Source: a virus
Taxonomy: Duplodnaviria > Caudoviricetes
Length of the DNA: 35,467 nt
Strand: one strand, 5' to 3'
Virus record (IMG/VR): IMGVR_UViG_3300005077_000060
Coordinates: 1-35,467 of that record
Part shown: positions 27,554-35,467 of the stretch, in pieces
Position numbering within the stretch: position 1 is the first letter of the stretch
How the letters are laid out: each line of letters starts with the position of its first letter
Notes under the pieces: generated by a model
The model's input: the letters and a program-made list of their open reading frames with translations, nothing else
The model's database searches: none
What the model was told of the DNA's origin: nothing
Made by a program: the position numbers and the translations under genes

Positions 27554-28493
27554 GAGAAGGAGAATTTGTAGCACTGAAGAATTGTTGCATGTTTTAAGAG
27601 TAGAGGGATATGCAAAGTACGATTATTCGAATGCTGTTTGGACCGGCAAAATCACTAATAAAATTCAGATATTGTGTCCAAAACACGGTGTTTTTTATCA
27701 GAGAATAAATGATCATCTTCGTGGTCAACGGTGTCCGAAATGTAAATTTGAAAAACTTAGTCAAAAATTTCGTCTTACTACTAAAGATTTTGTCTCTAAA
27801 GCTAAACTAATTCATGGTGATAAGTATGATTATTCACGTGTTCAATATCAAAATGATCACGCACCAATTACAATAGTTTGTCCAAAACACGGTGAATTCA
27901 TACAACGGCCACACAACCATCTACATGATCGTTGCGGATGTCCAAGTTGTGGTAATGTTAAACATCTTACTACTAAAGATTTTGTCTCTAAAGCTAAACT
28001 AATTCATGGTGATAAGTATGATTATTCATGTGTTCAATATAGAAATACTCAAACTAAAATTACAATAGTTTGTCCAAAACACGGTGAATTCATACAAATT
28101 CCTACAAAACATTTGCAGGGAAATGGATGTCCTCAATGCAATGAATCAAAAGGAGAGCGTCAAATTCGTTTGTGGTTGGAACAAAATCACATTGAACATG
28201 AATATCAAAAACGTTTTGATGGTTGTCGATATAAATTACCACTTCCCTTCGACTTTTGGTTACCACAACAAAAAATGTGTATTGAGTATGATGGCATTCA
28301 ACATTTTGAAGAAGGAATTGGAAATTTTTTTCAAGGACAATACACATTTACAAGAAAAATGTGGAAAAGTTTATCTGAAAGAGATGATATTAAATCTCAA
28401 TGGTGTTTAGAAAACAATATTAAATTGTTACGGATTGCTTATAATCAGCAAAATCAAATTACACAATTATTAAAAAGGTTTGTTTGTTTATGA
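27552..28493 (+). mobile_element. Free-standing putative homing endonuclease: three Zn-binding CPKHG...CPxC repeats plus a C-terminal PD-(D/E)xK (DUF559/Vsr-like) nuclease
   Basis: Repeats KYDYS...I.CPKHG.F.Q...HL....CP.C; SKGE, FDFWLP, IEYDGIQH, LLRIAY. Confidence 0.85.
27773..28028 (+). repeat. Intragenic tandem duplication with a 192-bp period
   Basis: 64-nt exact identity at 27773-27836 and 27965-28028. Confidence 0.9.
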
Positions 28494-29053
28494 AACAAGT
28501 TTTATTTTTAACTGGGCCTATCGCTTCTGGTAAAACATACTTTGCAAAGCACCACGCTCCTAATCATACTTATCTTAGTATTTCAAGCATTGTAAAGGGA
28601 CTTATCTCTTCTACCAAACGAAGTGAGTTGCAAGATACAGGAAATCTCGATAGCAAAATTGCGAGTGAAACAATCCGTTTCATTTCGCAGTCTTTACTTA
28701 CATCTGATAAGGTCCTAATTGATGGTGTTCGACAACTATCAATTATAGTGGCCATTCTCAAGTACTTCAAAACATCCATCATCACTGGTGATATCAGGTT
28801 TCGATTAATATGGTTAGAGGTTCCTGAAAAAACACTACGTGAACGATATGAAAAACAGACCGATAAAAAAAATGATGTGTCTTTTGACGATGCAATTAAA
28901 CGTGATGATGAACTTGGTTTATCTGAAATTCGTAAAATTATTATTAACTTCAGATGTAAATACGATTCTATGATGACTACATGTTGTCATGGTCTTGAAC
29001 CATGGTGTGAAGTTTATGAATTAGAAGGAGAATATGAGAATAATGAGTGCTAA
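28490..29053 (+). CDS. P-loop nucleotide/nucleoside kinase-like protein
   Basis: LTGPIASGKT, VLIDGVRQ, lid-like LRERY. Confidence 0.7.
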   Translation: MKQVLFLTGPIASGKTYFAKHHAPNHTYLSISSIVKGLISSTKRSELQDTGNLDSKIASETIRFISQSLLTSDKVLIDGVRQLSIIVAILKYFKTSIITGDIRFRLIWLEVPEKTLRERYEKQTDKKNDVSFDDAIKRDDELGLSEIRKIIINFRCKYDSMMTTCCHGLEPWCEVYELEGEYENNEC

Positions 29054-29891
29054 AATAAGACCTGCTAAAAAAGTTCACTTTGGATATATTGCCCCCATCT
29101 CTTATCTACACAAAGTCCCTGAAGATGAATCTTTTCATCTTATTCTTGCACATTTGCTCGATAATGAAAAGTATGTAAATTTTTACAACAAACGTCGATA
29201 TATAGGTGATTATATTCTTCTTGATAATTCAGCATTTGAATTTAAACGTCCAATTGAAGCTGATGAATTATTAAAATTGATTGATAAAAGTGGCATTAAT
29301 GCTAATTGTTTAGTAGCTCCTGATTATCCATTTCAATCTGGAATAAAAACAATAAAATCAACTGAAAAATTTGTAAAGCAGCTTCAAGAAAAAGGACTCA
29401 GTTATGATGTAATGGCTGTTCCACAAAGTGAGAAGGGTGATTGGCAAGATTGGTTAAATTGTTATAATGAACTTGCATCTATTGATGGTGTGACTCATAT
29501 TGGTATGAGTTGTTTAGGAACTGTTAATGCTTTTTGTGAAATTACTCGTACAACAAATGTAATGATCAATCGTATTTTAGCATCTATGACACTTTTTCAA
29601 AAAAAATATTATCAACCAAACATTTGGCATCACTATTTGGGTATAGGTGACATAAATGAAATAATCATACAACGAGAAATTGGTATAATTAACAGCATGG
29701 ACACTTCAAGTCCTATATGGTGTGGGATAAATATGTTGCAGTATAATGAGAATTTTAGAGGTTTTGATAAAAATGAAATTAAAATTCCCGTTGATTTTAA
29801 TGTGAAGAAAACAAAGGAAACACTTAAAGCAAAACAAATAAGTCATATTATTGATACTAATATCAATGAAATTAAAATATTAACTCGTTAA
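29034..29891 (+). CDS. TGT-fold transglycosylase, putative DpdA-like DNA 7-deazaguanine inserting enzyme
   Basis: ILLDNSAFEF, VAPD, MAVPQ, HHYLG and SMDTSS motifs of the TGT fold; adjacent to folE2. Confidence 0.7.
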   Translation: MRIMSAKIRPAKKVHFGYIAPISYLHKVPEDESFHLILAHLLDNEKYVNFYNKRRYIGDYILLDNSAFEFKRPIEADELLKLIDKSGINANCLVAPDYPFQSGIKTIKSTEKFVKQLQEKGLSYDVMAVPQSEKGDWQDWLNCYNELASIDGVTHIGMSCLGTVNAFCEITRTTNVMINRILASMTLFQKKYYQPNIWHHYLGIGDINEIIIQREIGIINSMDTSSPIWCGINMLQYNENFRGFDKNEIKIPVDFNVKKTKETLKAKQISHIIDTNINEIKILTR

Positions 29892-29909
29892 ATCGAAAAG
29901 GAGTTATAA

Positions 29910-30875
29910 ATGAATACTAATAATTTACCTGATGTGCAAAATGACCCTGACAGCAATCATCCAAAATTGTCAATAAATAAGGTTGGTGTGAGAAATATAA
30001 GAGTACCGTTTAGATTATTGTGTAAAGATGGGTCTACTATTACGACCAGTGCTAAAGTGTCAAGTTATTGTAATTTAACACAATCCTTACGCGGAATTAA
30101 TATGTCCAGAATTTCACGCACCATCAATGATGTTTTAGATCGTCAAACATCAACAGGTTTTGCTGGTTTAGAAAACTTTGCTTATGAATTACAAAAAGCT
30201 CATGGCACTGATAACATCTGGATTAAAGCTCATTTTGAGTTTGTTTTTAAAGATAAAACACCACTATCAGGCATTTTAAGTTATGAACCAATAAAAGTCA
30301 CGTTTGAAAGTATACTCAAAGGAAGTGATATTAAAAATTACGTAACAGTAGAAACTGTTGAAATGAGTCTTTGTCCATGCTCGAAAGAGATGTCAATGTT
30401 GAAAAACAATCTTACAAATAAAGAAATGGCGGAAATTGCTGTAATACAGGATGATGGTTTGCGTCAGAAAATTTTATTAGCTGGTTTTGGTGCTCATAAT
30501 CAAAGATCTAATATTCAGGTAAAGGTAGAACTTGCTTCTGATCGTAGTGCACTAATGTGGATTGAAGATATCGTTGAAATTATCAAGAAGGGTGCATCGT
30601 CACCAACGTGGTCAACTTTGAAGAGACCTGATGAAAAGTGGGTCACAGAAGTGAGTTACATGGGTGGTTATTTTAATGAAGAATATAAGTTTATTGAAGT
30701 TGGTGGTGGACCAAAATTTGTTGAAGATATTGTTCGACATATTGCTGTGGAATTAAATGTTGAACTTGATAAACGTATTACTGATTATTGTATAGTTGTA
30801 AATAACGAAGAAAGCATACACAGCGGTGATATTATGGCTACCAGTATTATGACTGCTGGTAGAAAAATGTCGTAA
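29910..30875 (+). CDS. folE2: GTP cyclohydrolase IB
   Basis: LPDVQ, INKVGV, RGINMSR, SLCPCSKEMS, AHNQRS, LKRPDE, PKFVEDIVR, EESIH. Confidence 0.95.
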   Translation: MNTNNLPDVQNDPDSNHPKLSINKVGVRNIRVPFRLLCKDGSTITTSAKVSSYCNLTQSLRGINMSRISRTINDVLDRQTSTGFAGLENFAYELQKAHGTDNIWIKAHFEFVFKDKTPLSGILSYEPIKVTFESILKGSDIKNYVTVETVEMSLCPCSKEMSMLKNNLTNKEMAEIAVIQDDGLRQKILLAGFGAHNQRSNIQVKVELASDRSALMWIEDIVEIIKKGASSPTWSTLKRPDEKWVTEVSYMGGYFNEEYKFIEVGGGPKFVEDIVRHIAVELNVELDKRITDYCIVVNNEESIHSGDIMATSIMTAGRKMS

Positions 30876-30890
30876 AGGAGGTTTTGTTTT

Positions 30891-31628
30891 ATGAATAAAA
30901 AAGTTGAGCAGCAAAAAAAGGCATTAGTAACATTCAATAAAAATGTGCTAACAATATTGAAAGAACTAACACCTATTAGTGAAGTTGTTGTTATGATAAA
31001 GAAAAAAGACGAAGAAGGTAATTTAACCGACAATGTATATATTTCTCAGGCAAATGAAAGCGAAGTATTAGGTTACATTTTAAATGTACCTAACAACTTA
31101 TTAACATTTAATGGCGATAAATTAGCATTCCAAGAATTCTCGGAATTCTTTCATTTATATAGTTTATTTACAGATGAACCAGAGATTGAACAATTTGATG
31201 CTGCTAAGTTAATAATTAAAGGTGGATCAACAAAAATCAGTCTCATTGTTGGCGAAGCTGACGTACTTGATTCTGGTCCAGAGGTTGTTCCATTTGATAA
31301 ACCAGATGCTGTATTAACAATTACTTCATCACAATTATTAGAGTTACGTAAAAAAATCAGTCTTATTAAAGCTGAAAAAGTTGAAATTACTGTGGAAAAG
31401 AAATACATTTCACTTAGATTTTTTCTTGATGATAATAATAACAGTATTGAGGAAACGTTTGCAGTGAATAATGAAAAAACATTTCATTTTATTACTAACG
31501 TAGATATGTTTGTTAATGTACCAAAATCTGATTATACGATTAATTTTGTTCAATCAGGGATGGTTGAAATGGTTCATTCTTCACAAATAGTCGATTTGCG
31601 TATTTATTCTGGTGAAGTTCAAAGTTAA
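30891..31628 (+). CDS. gp45: gp45-like sliding clamp
   Basis: 245-aa acidic beta-rich protein, LTILKELTPIS N-terminal pattern, upstream of the clamp loader. Confidence 0.7.
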   Translation: MNKKVEQQKKALVTFNKNVLTILKELTPISEVVVMIKKKDEEGNLTDNVYISQANESEVLGYILNVPNNLLTFNGDKLAFQEFSEFFHLYSLFTDEPEIEQFDAAKLIIKGGSTKISLIVGEADVLDSGPEVVPFDKPDAVLTITSSQLLELRKKISLIKAEKVEITVEKKYISLRFFLDDNNNSIEETFAVNNEKTFHFITNVDMFVNVPKSDYTINFVQSGMVEMVHSSQIVDLRIYSGEVQS

Positions 31629-31642
31629 TAAAGGAGAATATA

Positions 31643-32275
31643 ATGGAACAAAATGAAGAACTTGCTAAAAATCAAAATAACATTTCTGAAGAAATGCTTA
31701 AAGAATTCGAACAACAAGTTATTCCTCAGCAAATTGATGGAATTAAAGATGCTGAGCAACTTGAACCAGAAGAAAATTTGGAATTGGTTGAATCGTACGA
31801 AAATGAATTTGAAGAATTCAATAAGAAATATAAAATTGATAAGAAAATGGCTTACATCGACGAAGAAAAAGGTGAAGTTGTTGACCGTTCTAATCTTACA
31901 CCGTGGGAAATGATTCAATCTTTATCTCGTGAAATGGGTGCCAATCTTAAGGATCCTAAAAAGGGTTGTCGTAGTTGCCATGGTCGTGGTTATATAGGCA
32001 TTCATGCTGATACACATACTCCAATTCCTTGTTTATGTTTATTTGATGAAGAAGCGAAGAAAAAACAAAAAGAAATGATGGCACAACTTGGTTTTATGAA
32101 TCGTCGTACAAAAAGACATTTGCACAGTGTAATGACTAAAGAACGTCAGTTGTGGGTAAAAAAACAAGCAATCAAAGATAATAAGGAACGTCAACTTAGT
32201 ATTAAAACAAAGAAGAAAAAGATTGATAAAACAGCTCGTTTATCTCGTCGAATTAATCGTCAGAAAAGGAAGTAA
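31643..32275 (+). CDS. Hypothetical protein with an acidic N-terminus, CxxCxGxG...CxC zinc finger and basic C-terminus
   Basis: CRSCHGRG...PCLC; strong charge polarity. Confidence 0.6.
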   Translation: MEQNEELAKNQNNISEEMLKEFEQQVIPQQIDGIKDAEQLEPEENLELVESYENEFEEFNKKYKIDKKMAYIDEEKGEVVDRSNLTPWEMIQSLSREMGANLKDPKKGCRSCHGRGYIGIHADTHTPIPCLCLFDEEAKKKQKEMMAQLGFMNRRTKRHLHSVMTKERQLWVKKQAIKDNKERQLSIKTKKKKIDKTARLSRRINRQKRK

Positions 32276-32281
32276 TAATAA

Positions 32282-33232
32282 ATGATGAAAGAACAAAAAG
32301 AATTTGCAACATATCTTTGGATGGAAAAATTTCGTCCTCTTTCTATTCAAGAAATGATTCTTCCTTCAGCAACTAAACGTTTTTTTACAAAGATAATTAA
32401 AAGTGGTGAAATTCCACATCTTTTTTTATATTCAAGTTCTCCAGGTACAGGTAAAACAACAGCTGCATTTGCAATTTGTAATGATTTGAATGTAAAACCA
32501 TTGTATATCAACTGTTCTTCAGATAGTGGAATCGATACATTGCGTTCACGTATATTGAAATATGCAACCTCAAAGACTTTACAAACACAAAAAATCAAAA
32601 TCATTATTCTTGACGAATTTGATGGAGCAGGTGATGCACTACAACGAGCTTTACGTTCGCCATTGGAGAAATATGCAAATTTTTGTAGATTTATAATTAC
32701 AGCAAATTATGCTACACGTATTATTAATCCTCTTAAATCTCGTTGTCAAGAAATAGACTTTAATGTAACGAGTAAGAAGGTAAAAGATGAAGTGCGTGGT
32801 AAAATAATTAAACGTCTTTGTGGTGTGTTGGATATAGAAGGTGTAACTTATGAACAAAATACGATTGAACAGTTGACAGATACATATTATCCAGACATGA
32901 GAAGAATGATAAATCTCATGCAAAAATATTCAAACCAAAATGGTCGAATTGATAATAATATCTTTAATTATTGCACTATAGAAGATACTTTTTTTGATAT
33001 GATTATCAATAAACAATTTACTAAAGCACGTCAGTATGTTATTGAGTCCAACTTTGATATCGATGAAATGTGGCGTGAGTTGTATGACAAATTACTTCCA
33101 CGTCTTGAGAAACCTCAGATGGCACAAGCTCTTATAACTATAGCTAAATATCAATTTTGGTCTTCGCAAGTTGTAGACAAAGAAATTAACTTTGCTGCAT
33201 GTCTTATGAAATTAATTACGGAGGTTTTGTAA
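32282..33232 (+). CDS. gp44: gp44-like clamp loader AAA+ subunit
   Basis: WMEKFRP, SPGTGKTT, IILDEFD, LKSRC, PDMRR. Confidence 0.95.
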   Translation: MMKEQKEFATYLWMEKFRPLSIQEMILPSATKRFFTKIIKSGEIPHLFLYSSSPGTGKTTAAFAICNDLNVKPLYINCSSDSGIDTLRSRILKYATSKTLQTQKIKIIILDEFDGAGDALQRALRSPLEKYANFCRFIITANYATRIINPLKSRCQEIDFNVTSKKVKDEVRGKIIKRLCGVLDIEGVTYEQNTIEQLTDTYYPDMRRMINLMQKYSNQNGRIDNNIFNYCTIEDTFFDMIINKQFTKARQYVIESNFDIDEMWRELYDKLLPRLEKPQMAQALITIAKYQFWSSQVVDKEINFAACLMKLITEVL

Positions 33233-33496
33233 GTGTGGGATAGAGATAGTATTAAAAAATATTTAGAAAAATTAAAAGAGGAAGAAAGAATTCGTTGTCC
33301 ACATTGCAATTTTGATAATTCTTTTGATGGCAATGGTTTTGAAATGAGTGAAACAGGAATCAAAATATCTTATAATGGTTGGCCAGATGAAGAAGACCAA
33401 ATAATTGAATGTCAAGAATGTGGTGAAAAATTTAAAGTTCGTGAACATGTTAGAAGAACATTTGATACATGTAAAGTTAATGAGGAATTTGAGTAA
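33233..33496 (+). CDS. Small zinc-ribbon protein
   Basis: CPHC...CQECG; GTG start after GGAGG. Confidence 0.65.
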   Translation: MWDRDSIKKYLEKLKEEERIRCPHCNFDNSFDGNGFEMSETGIKISYNGWPDEEDQIIECQECGEKFKVREHVRRTFDTCKVNEEFE

Positions 33497-35148
33497 TGAA
33501 AATATTGAAAAATGCTGGTAAGTTTGAAGTCCTAACAAAACCTGAAAATGTTATTAAAGATATTACAACAGCAGCACGAACTTGTTATCAATCTCAAGAT
33601 AAAAGTACTCCAGAGTCAGATAAGAAGCTCGTTGAAAACTTGATGAAGCGAGAACACTTTGCAATGTTTGAGTTCAGTCATATGAATGTTCGCTTCAGTG
33701 ATGTTTGTCGTGGATTTACTCATGAAATGGTTAGACATCGTTTGGCTTCCTTTGCGCAGGAAAGTACCAGATATAATTGTTATTTAAAAACAAAAATACC
33801 TTTAGGATTTAAAAAGATTGATTCTAAAAAAAGACATAAAAATTGTAAATTAACTGTAGAAGAAGAAAAATGGTGTTGTGAAAAATATAAAGAAGGTTAT
33901 AGTCTTTCTGAATTATCCAATGCTGTTAAGATAGATGATACAAGTGTTTATAGATTATTAAAATATTATAATGTTGAACTTAGAAAAAATGATGCTTTTT
34001 CAAAAGGTATCAATGATGATTATTTTAAAAATATTGATTCTAATGAAAAAGCATATTTAATCGGTTTTATTGCGGCTGATGGTAGTCTAAGAAATCAAAT
34101 AATAATATATCAAGCGAGAGAATCGTTTAATATTTTGAGTTATTTTCTCAGAGAAATAAATCCTAACGGAAATTTATGTTTTTCGGAATCACATAACGAA
34201 AAATCTCAGGATATGTTCTCGTTGTTTATAGGTAGTAAAAATAATATTAATTATTTAAATAAATTAGGTATACCTAACGGTAAAAAATCTAAAACTCTCA
34301 ATATTCAAAATATTTTAAATAATATAGATGAAAAATATTGGTCATACTTTTTTAGAGGTTTATTTGACGGTGATGGTCATGTATCAGCAAACGGTACAAA
34401 GATTTGTTTAAGTGGAAATGAACAAACGTGTAAAATTTTTAAAAATATTGTTCAAAAAAAAGTTGGTATTCAAAATAATGTTAAAATATATAAGGATGAA
34501 AATAAAAATTGTAAAATTTATTATTCATCACTTTCTGATACAAAATTGATTTTAAATTGGTTGTATTCTGAACCATTACCGTTGTTTTTTGCAAAAAAAA
34601 TGTTTAGAGCATCTAAAAATTGTTCCAAAGTGTTGAATGTATTAAAAGATTCTGTTTATTTATATGCTAAAGAATTTGGGTTTATTATTGATGATAGATT
34701 TATAAATGAACATTCTTTGAATGATTATTTGTTTAGTATGTATTGGTCGCAAAGAAATTACAAAACTTTAAGTGAAGCTGGTTGGAAACCTGAAGATGCT
34801 CGTCAAGTCTTACCAATAGCAACTCGCTCTCAAATTGTTGTTGGTGCCAACATTAGAGAATGGCGTCATATATTCCACATGAGATGTGACCACTTTGCAC
34901 ATTGGGAAATACGTGCAGTAATGCTTAATCTCCTTCGTTGGTGTCAAGAAAATATTCCTCTTGTATTTGATGATTTTAAATTCTTTACAACTAAAGATGG
35001 TAAAGAATATGCACGTAGAATTATACCAGCAAGAAAAATTGCTAACATGATTGAAGAAAATGAAGACATAAAAGAAATTATAGATAATTTAACAGTTAAT
35101 AATCAATTGAAGATGTTCAAGCACCTTCAATCAATACATTGGAGGTAA
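33496..35148 (+). CDS. thyX: Flavin-dependent thymidylate synthase with an internal LAGLIDADG insertion
   Basis: AARTCY, H.AMFEF, HEMVRHRLASFAQESTRY, PEDARQVLP, NIREWRH...R....AHWEIR. Confidence 0.93.
   Translation: MKILKNAGKFEVLTKPENVIKDITTAARTCYQSQDKSTPESDKKLVENLMKREHFAMFEFSHMNVRFSDVCRGFTHEMVRHRLASFAQESTRYNCYLKTKIPLGFKKIDSKKRHKNCKLTVEEEKWCCEKYKEGYSLSELSNAVKIDDTSVYRLLKYYNVELRKNDAFSKGINDDYFKNIDSNEKAYLIGFIAADGSLRNQIIIYQARESFNILSYFLREINPNGNLCFSESHNEKSQDMFSLFIGSKNNINYLNKLGIPNGKKSKTLNIQNILNNIDEKYWSYFFRGLFDGDGHVSANGTKICLSGNEQTCKIFKNIVQKKVGIQNNVKIYKDENKNCKIYYSSLSDTKLILNWLYSEPLPLFFAKKMFRASKNCSKVLNVLKDSVYLYAKEFGFIIDDRFINEHSLNDYLFSMYWSQRNYKTLSEAGWKPEDARQVLPIATRSQIVVGANIREWRHIFHMRCDHFAHWEIRAVMLNLLRWCQENIPLVFDDFKFFTTKDGKEYARRIIPARKIANMIEENEDIKEIIDNLTVNNQLKMFKHLQSIHWR
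33775..34665 (+). mobile_element. In-frame HTH + LAGLIDADG homing endonuclease domain inside thyX with no recognisable Hint domain (boundaries approximate)
   Basis: HTH YKEGYSLSELS...VYRLLK; AYLIGFIAADG and FFRGLFDGDG; visibly more AT-rich than the flanking thyX sequence. Confidence 0.85.
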
Positions 35149-35149
35149 T

Positions 35150-35467
35150 ATGATTAAGGTAGTCATTGCTCGTCACAATGAATCAATTTATAACAACTAT
35201 ATTGGTCCTACTATTCGCCGTCAACCTTGTATTATGTGTGACGTACACGATAGAGAAGATTTAAGTGAGGATCAACCAACTATTGCTGATAAATATAATT
35301 ATGGTATTATGGCTTTTGCACAAAAAAATCAATTAACGTCACAAGACATAATTGTATTTATACACGAAGATGTAAATATTATAGATCCACAATTTGCACG
35401 TAAAATTGAGATTGTGTTTGCACAAAAACCAGAAGTGGGTGTGTTGGGATTATGTGGATCAACTGAA
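35150..35467 (+). CDS. GT-A fold glycosyltransferase (family 2-like), truncated by the window end
   Basis: Manual translation MIKVVIARHNES...IADKYNYG...DIIVFIHEDV...VGVLGLCG; GGAGG RBS. Confidence 0.75.
   Translation, partial: MIKVVIARHNESIYNNYIGPTIRRQPCIMCDVHDREDLSEDQPTIADKYNYGIMAFAQKNQLTSQDIIVFIHEDVNIIDPQFARKIEIVFAQKPEVGVLGLCGSTE

Noticed and set aside
112-33538. Minus-strand and nested alternative-frame ORFs in the ORF track
   Set aside because: They overlap well-supported + strand genes and show no recognisable motifs; they are treated as shadow ORFs.
33778-34623. Intein in thyX bounded by N|CYLK and SKN|C
   Set aside because: Asn-Cys occurs four times in the region, so the match is likely chance. 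No sequence is left to form a Hint fold outside the HTH and LAGLIDADG domains.
1-35467. tRNA, rRNA or CRISPR array
   Set aside because: No cloverleaf, rRNA-like segment or regularly spaced repeat-spacer array was seen; the window is almost entirely coding.

Overview
AT-rich fragment of a large T4-like (Tevenvirinae-style or jumbo) phage genome. All credible genes lie on the + strand. It contains three blocks. (i) The core replication, recombination and late-transcription module: gp46, gp55, gp47, gp43 with an intein, UvsX, gp41 with a mini-intein, gp33/gp59-like, gp32, gp61, RuvC-like, RNase H, gp4, gp45 and gp44. (ii) Anaerobic nucleotide metabolism: NrdG, a split NrdD, two dUTPase-like copies and ThyX. 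(iii) A 7-deazaguanine DNA-modification cluster: FolE2, QueD, QueE, a DpdL-like T-fold protein and a DpdA-like TGT-fold protein, with a PRTase, a deoxyribosyltransferase, a kinase and glycosyltransferases nearby. The most unusual signal is a set of conserved genes interrupted by homing-endonuclease sequence with no working splicing element. nrdD is split into two ORFs whose new ends look like the inner half of an intein Hint domain without splicing residues. The dUTPase-like gene is present as two complementarily degenerate copies linked by a UUU-UAA +1 shift site. thyX carries an in-frame LAGLIDADG domain with no Hint domain. A gp4 N-terminus is joined to an endonuclease domain across a frameshift. 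3' remnants of one PD-(D/E)xK endonuclease family (intact copy at 27552-28493) sit at four gene junctions. All family assignments come from motif recognition by eye; no searches were run.
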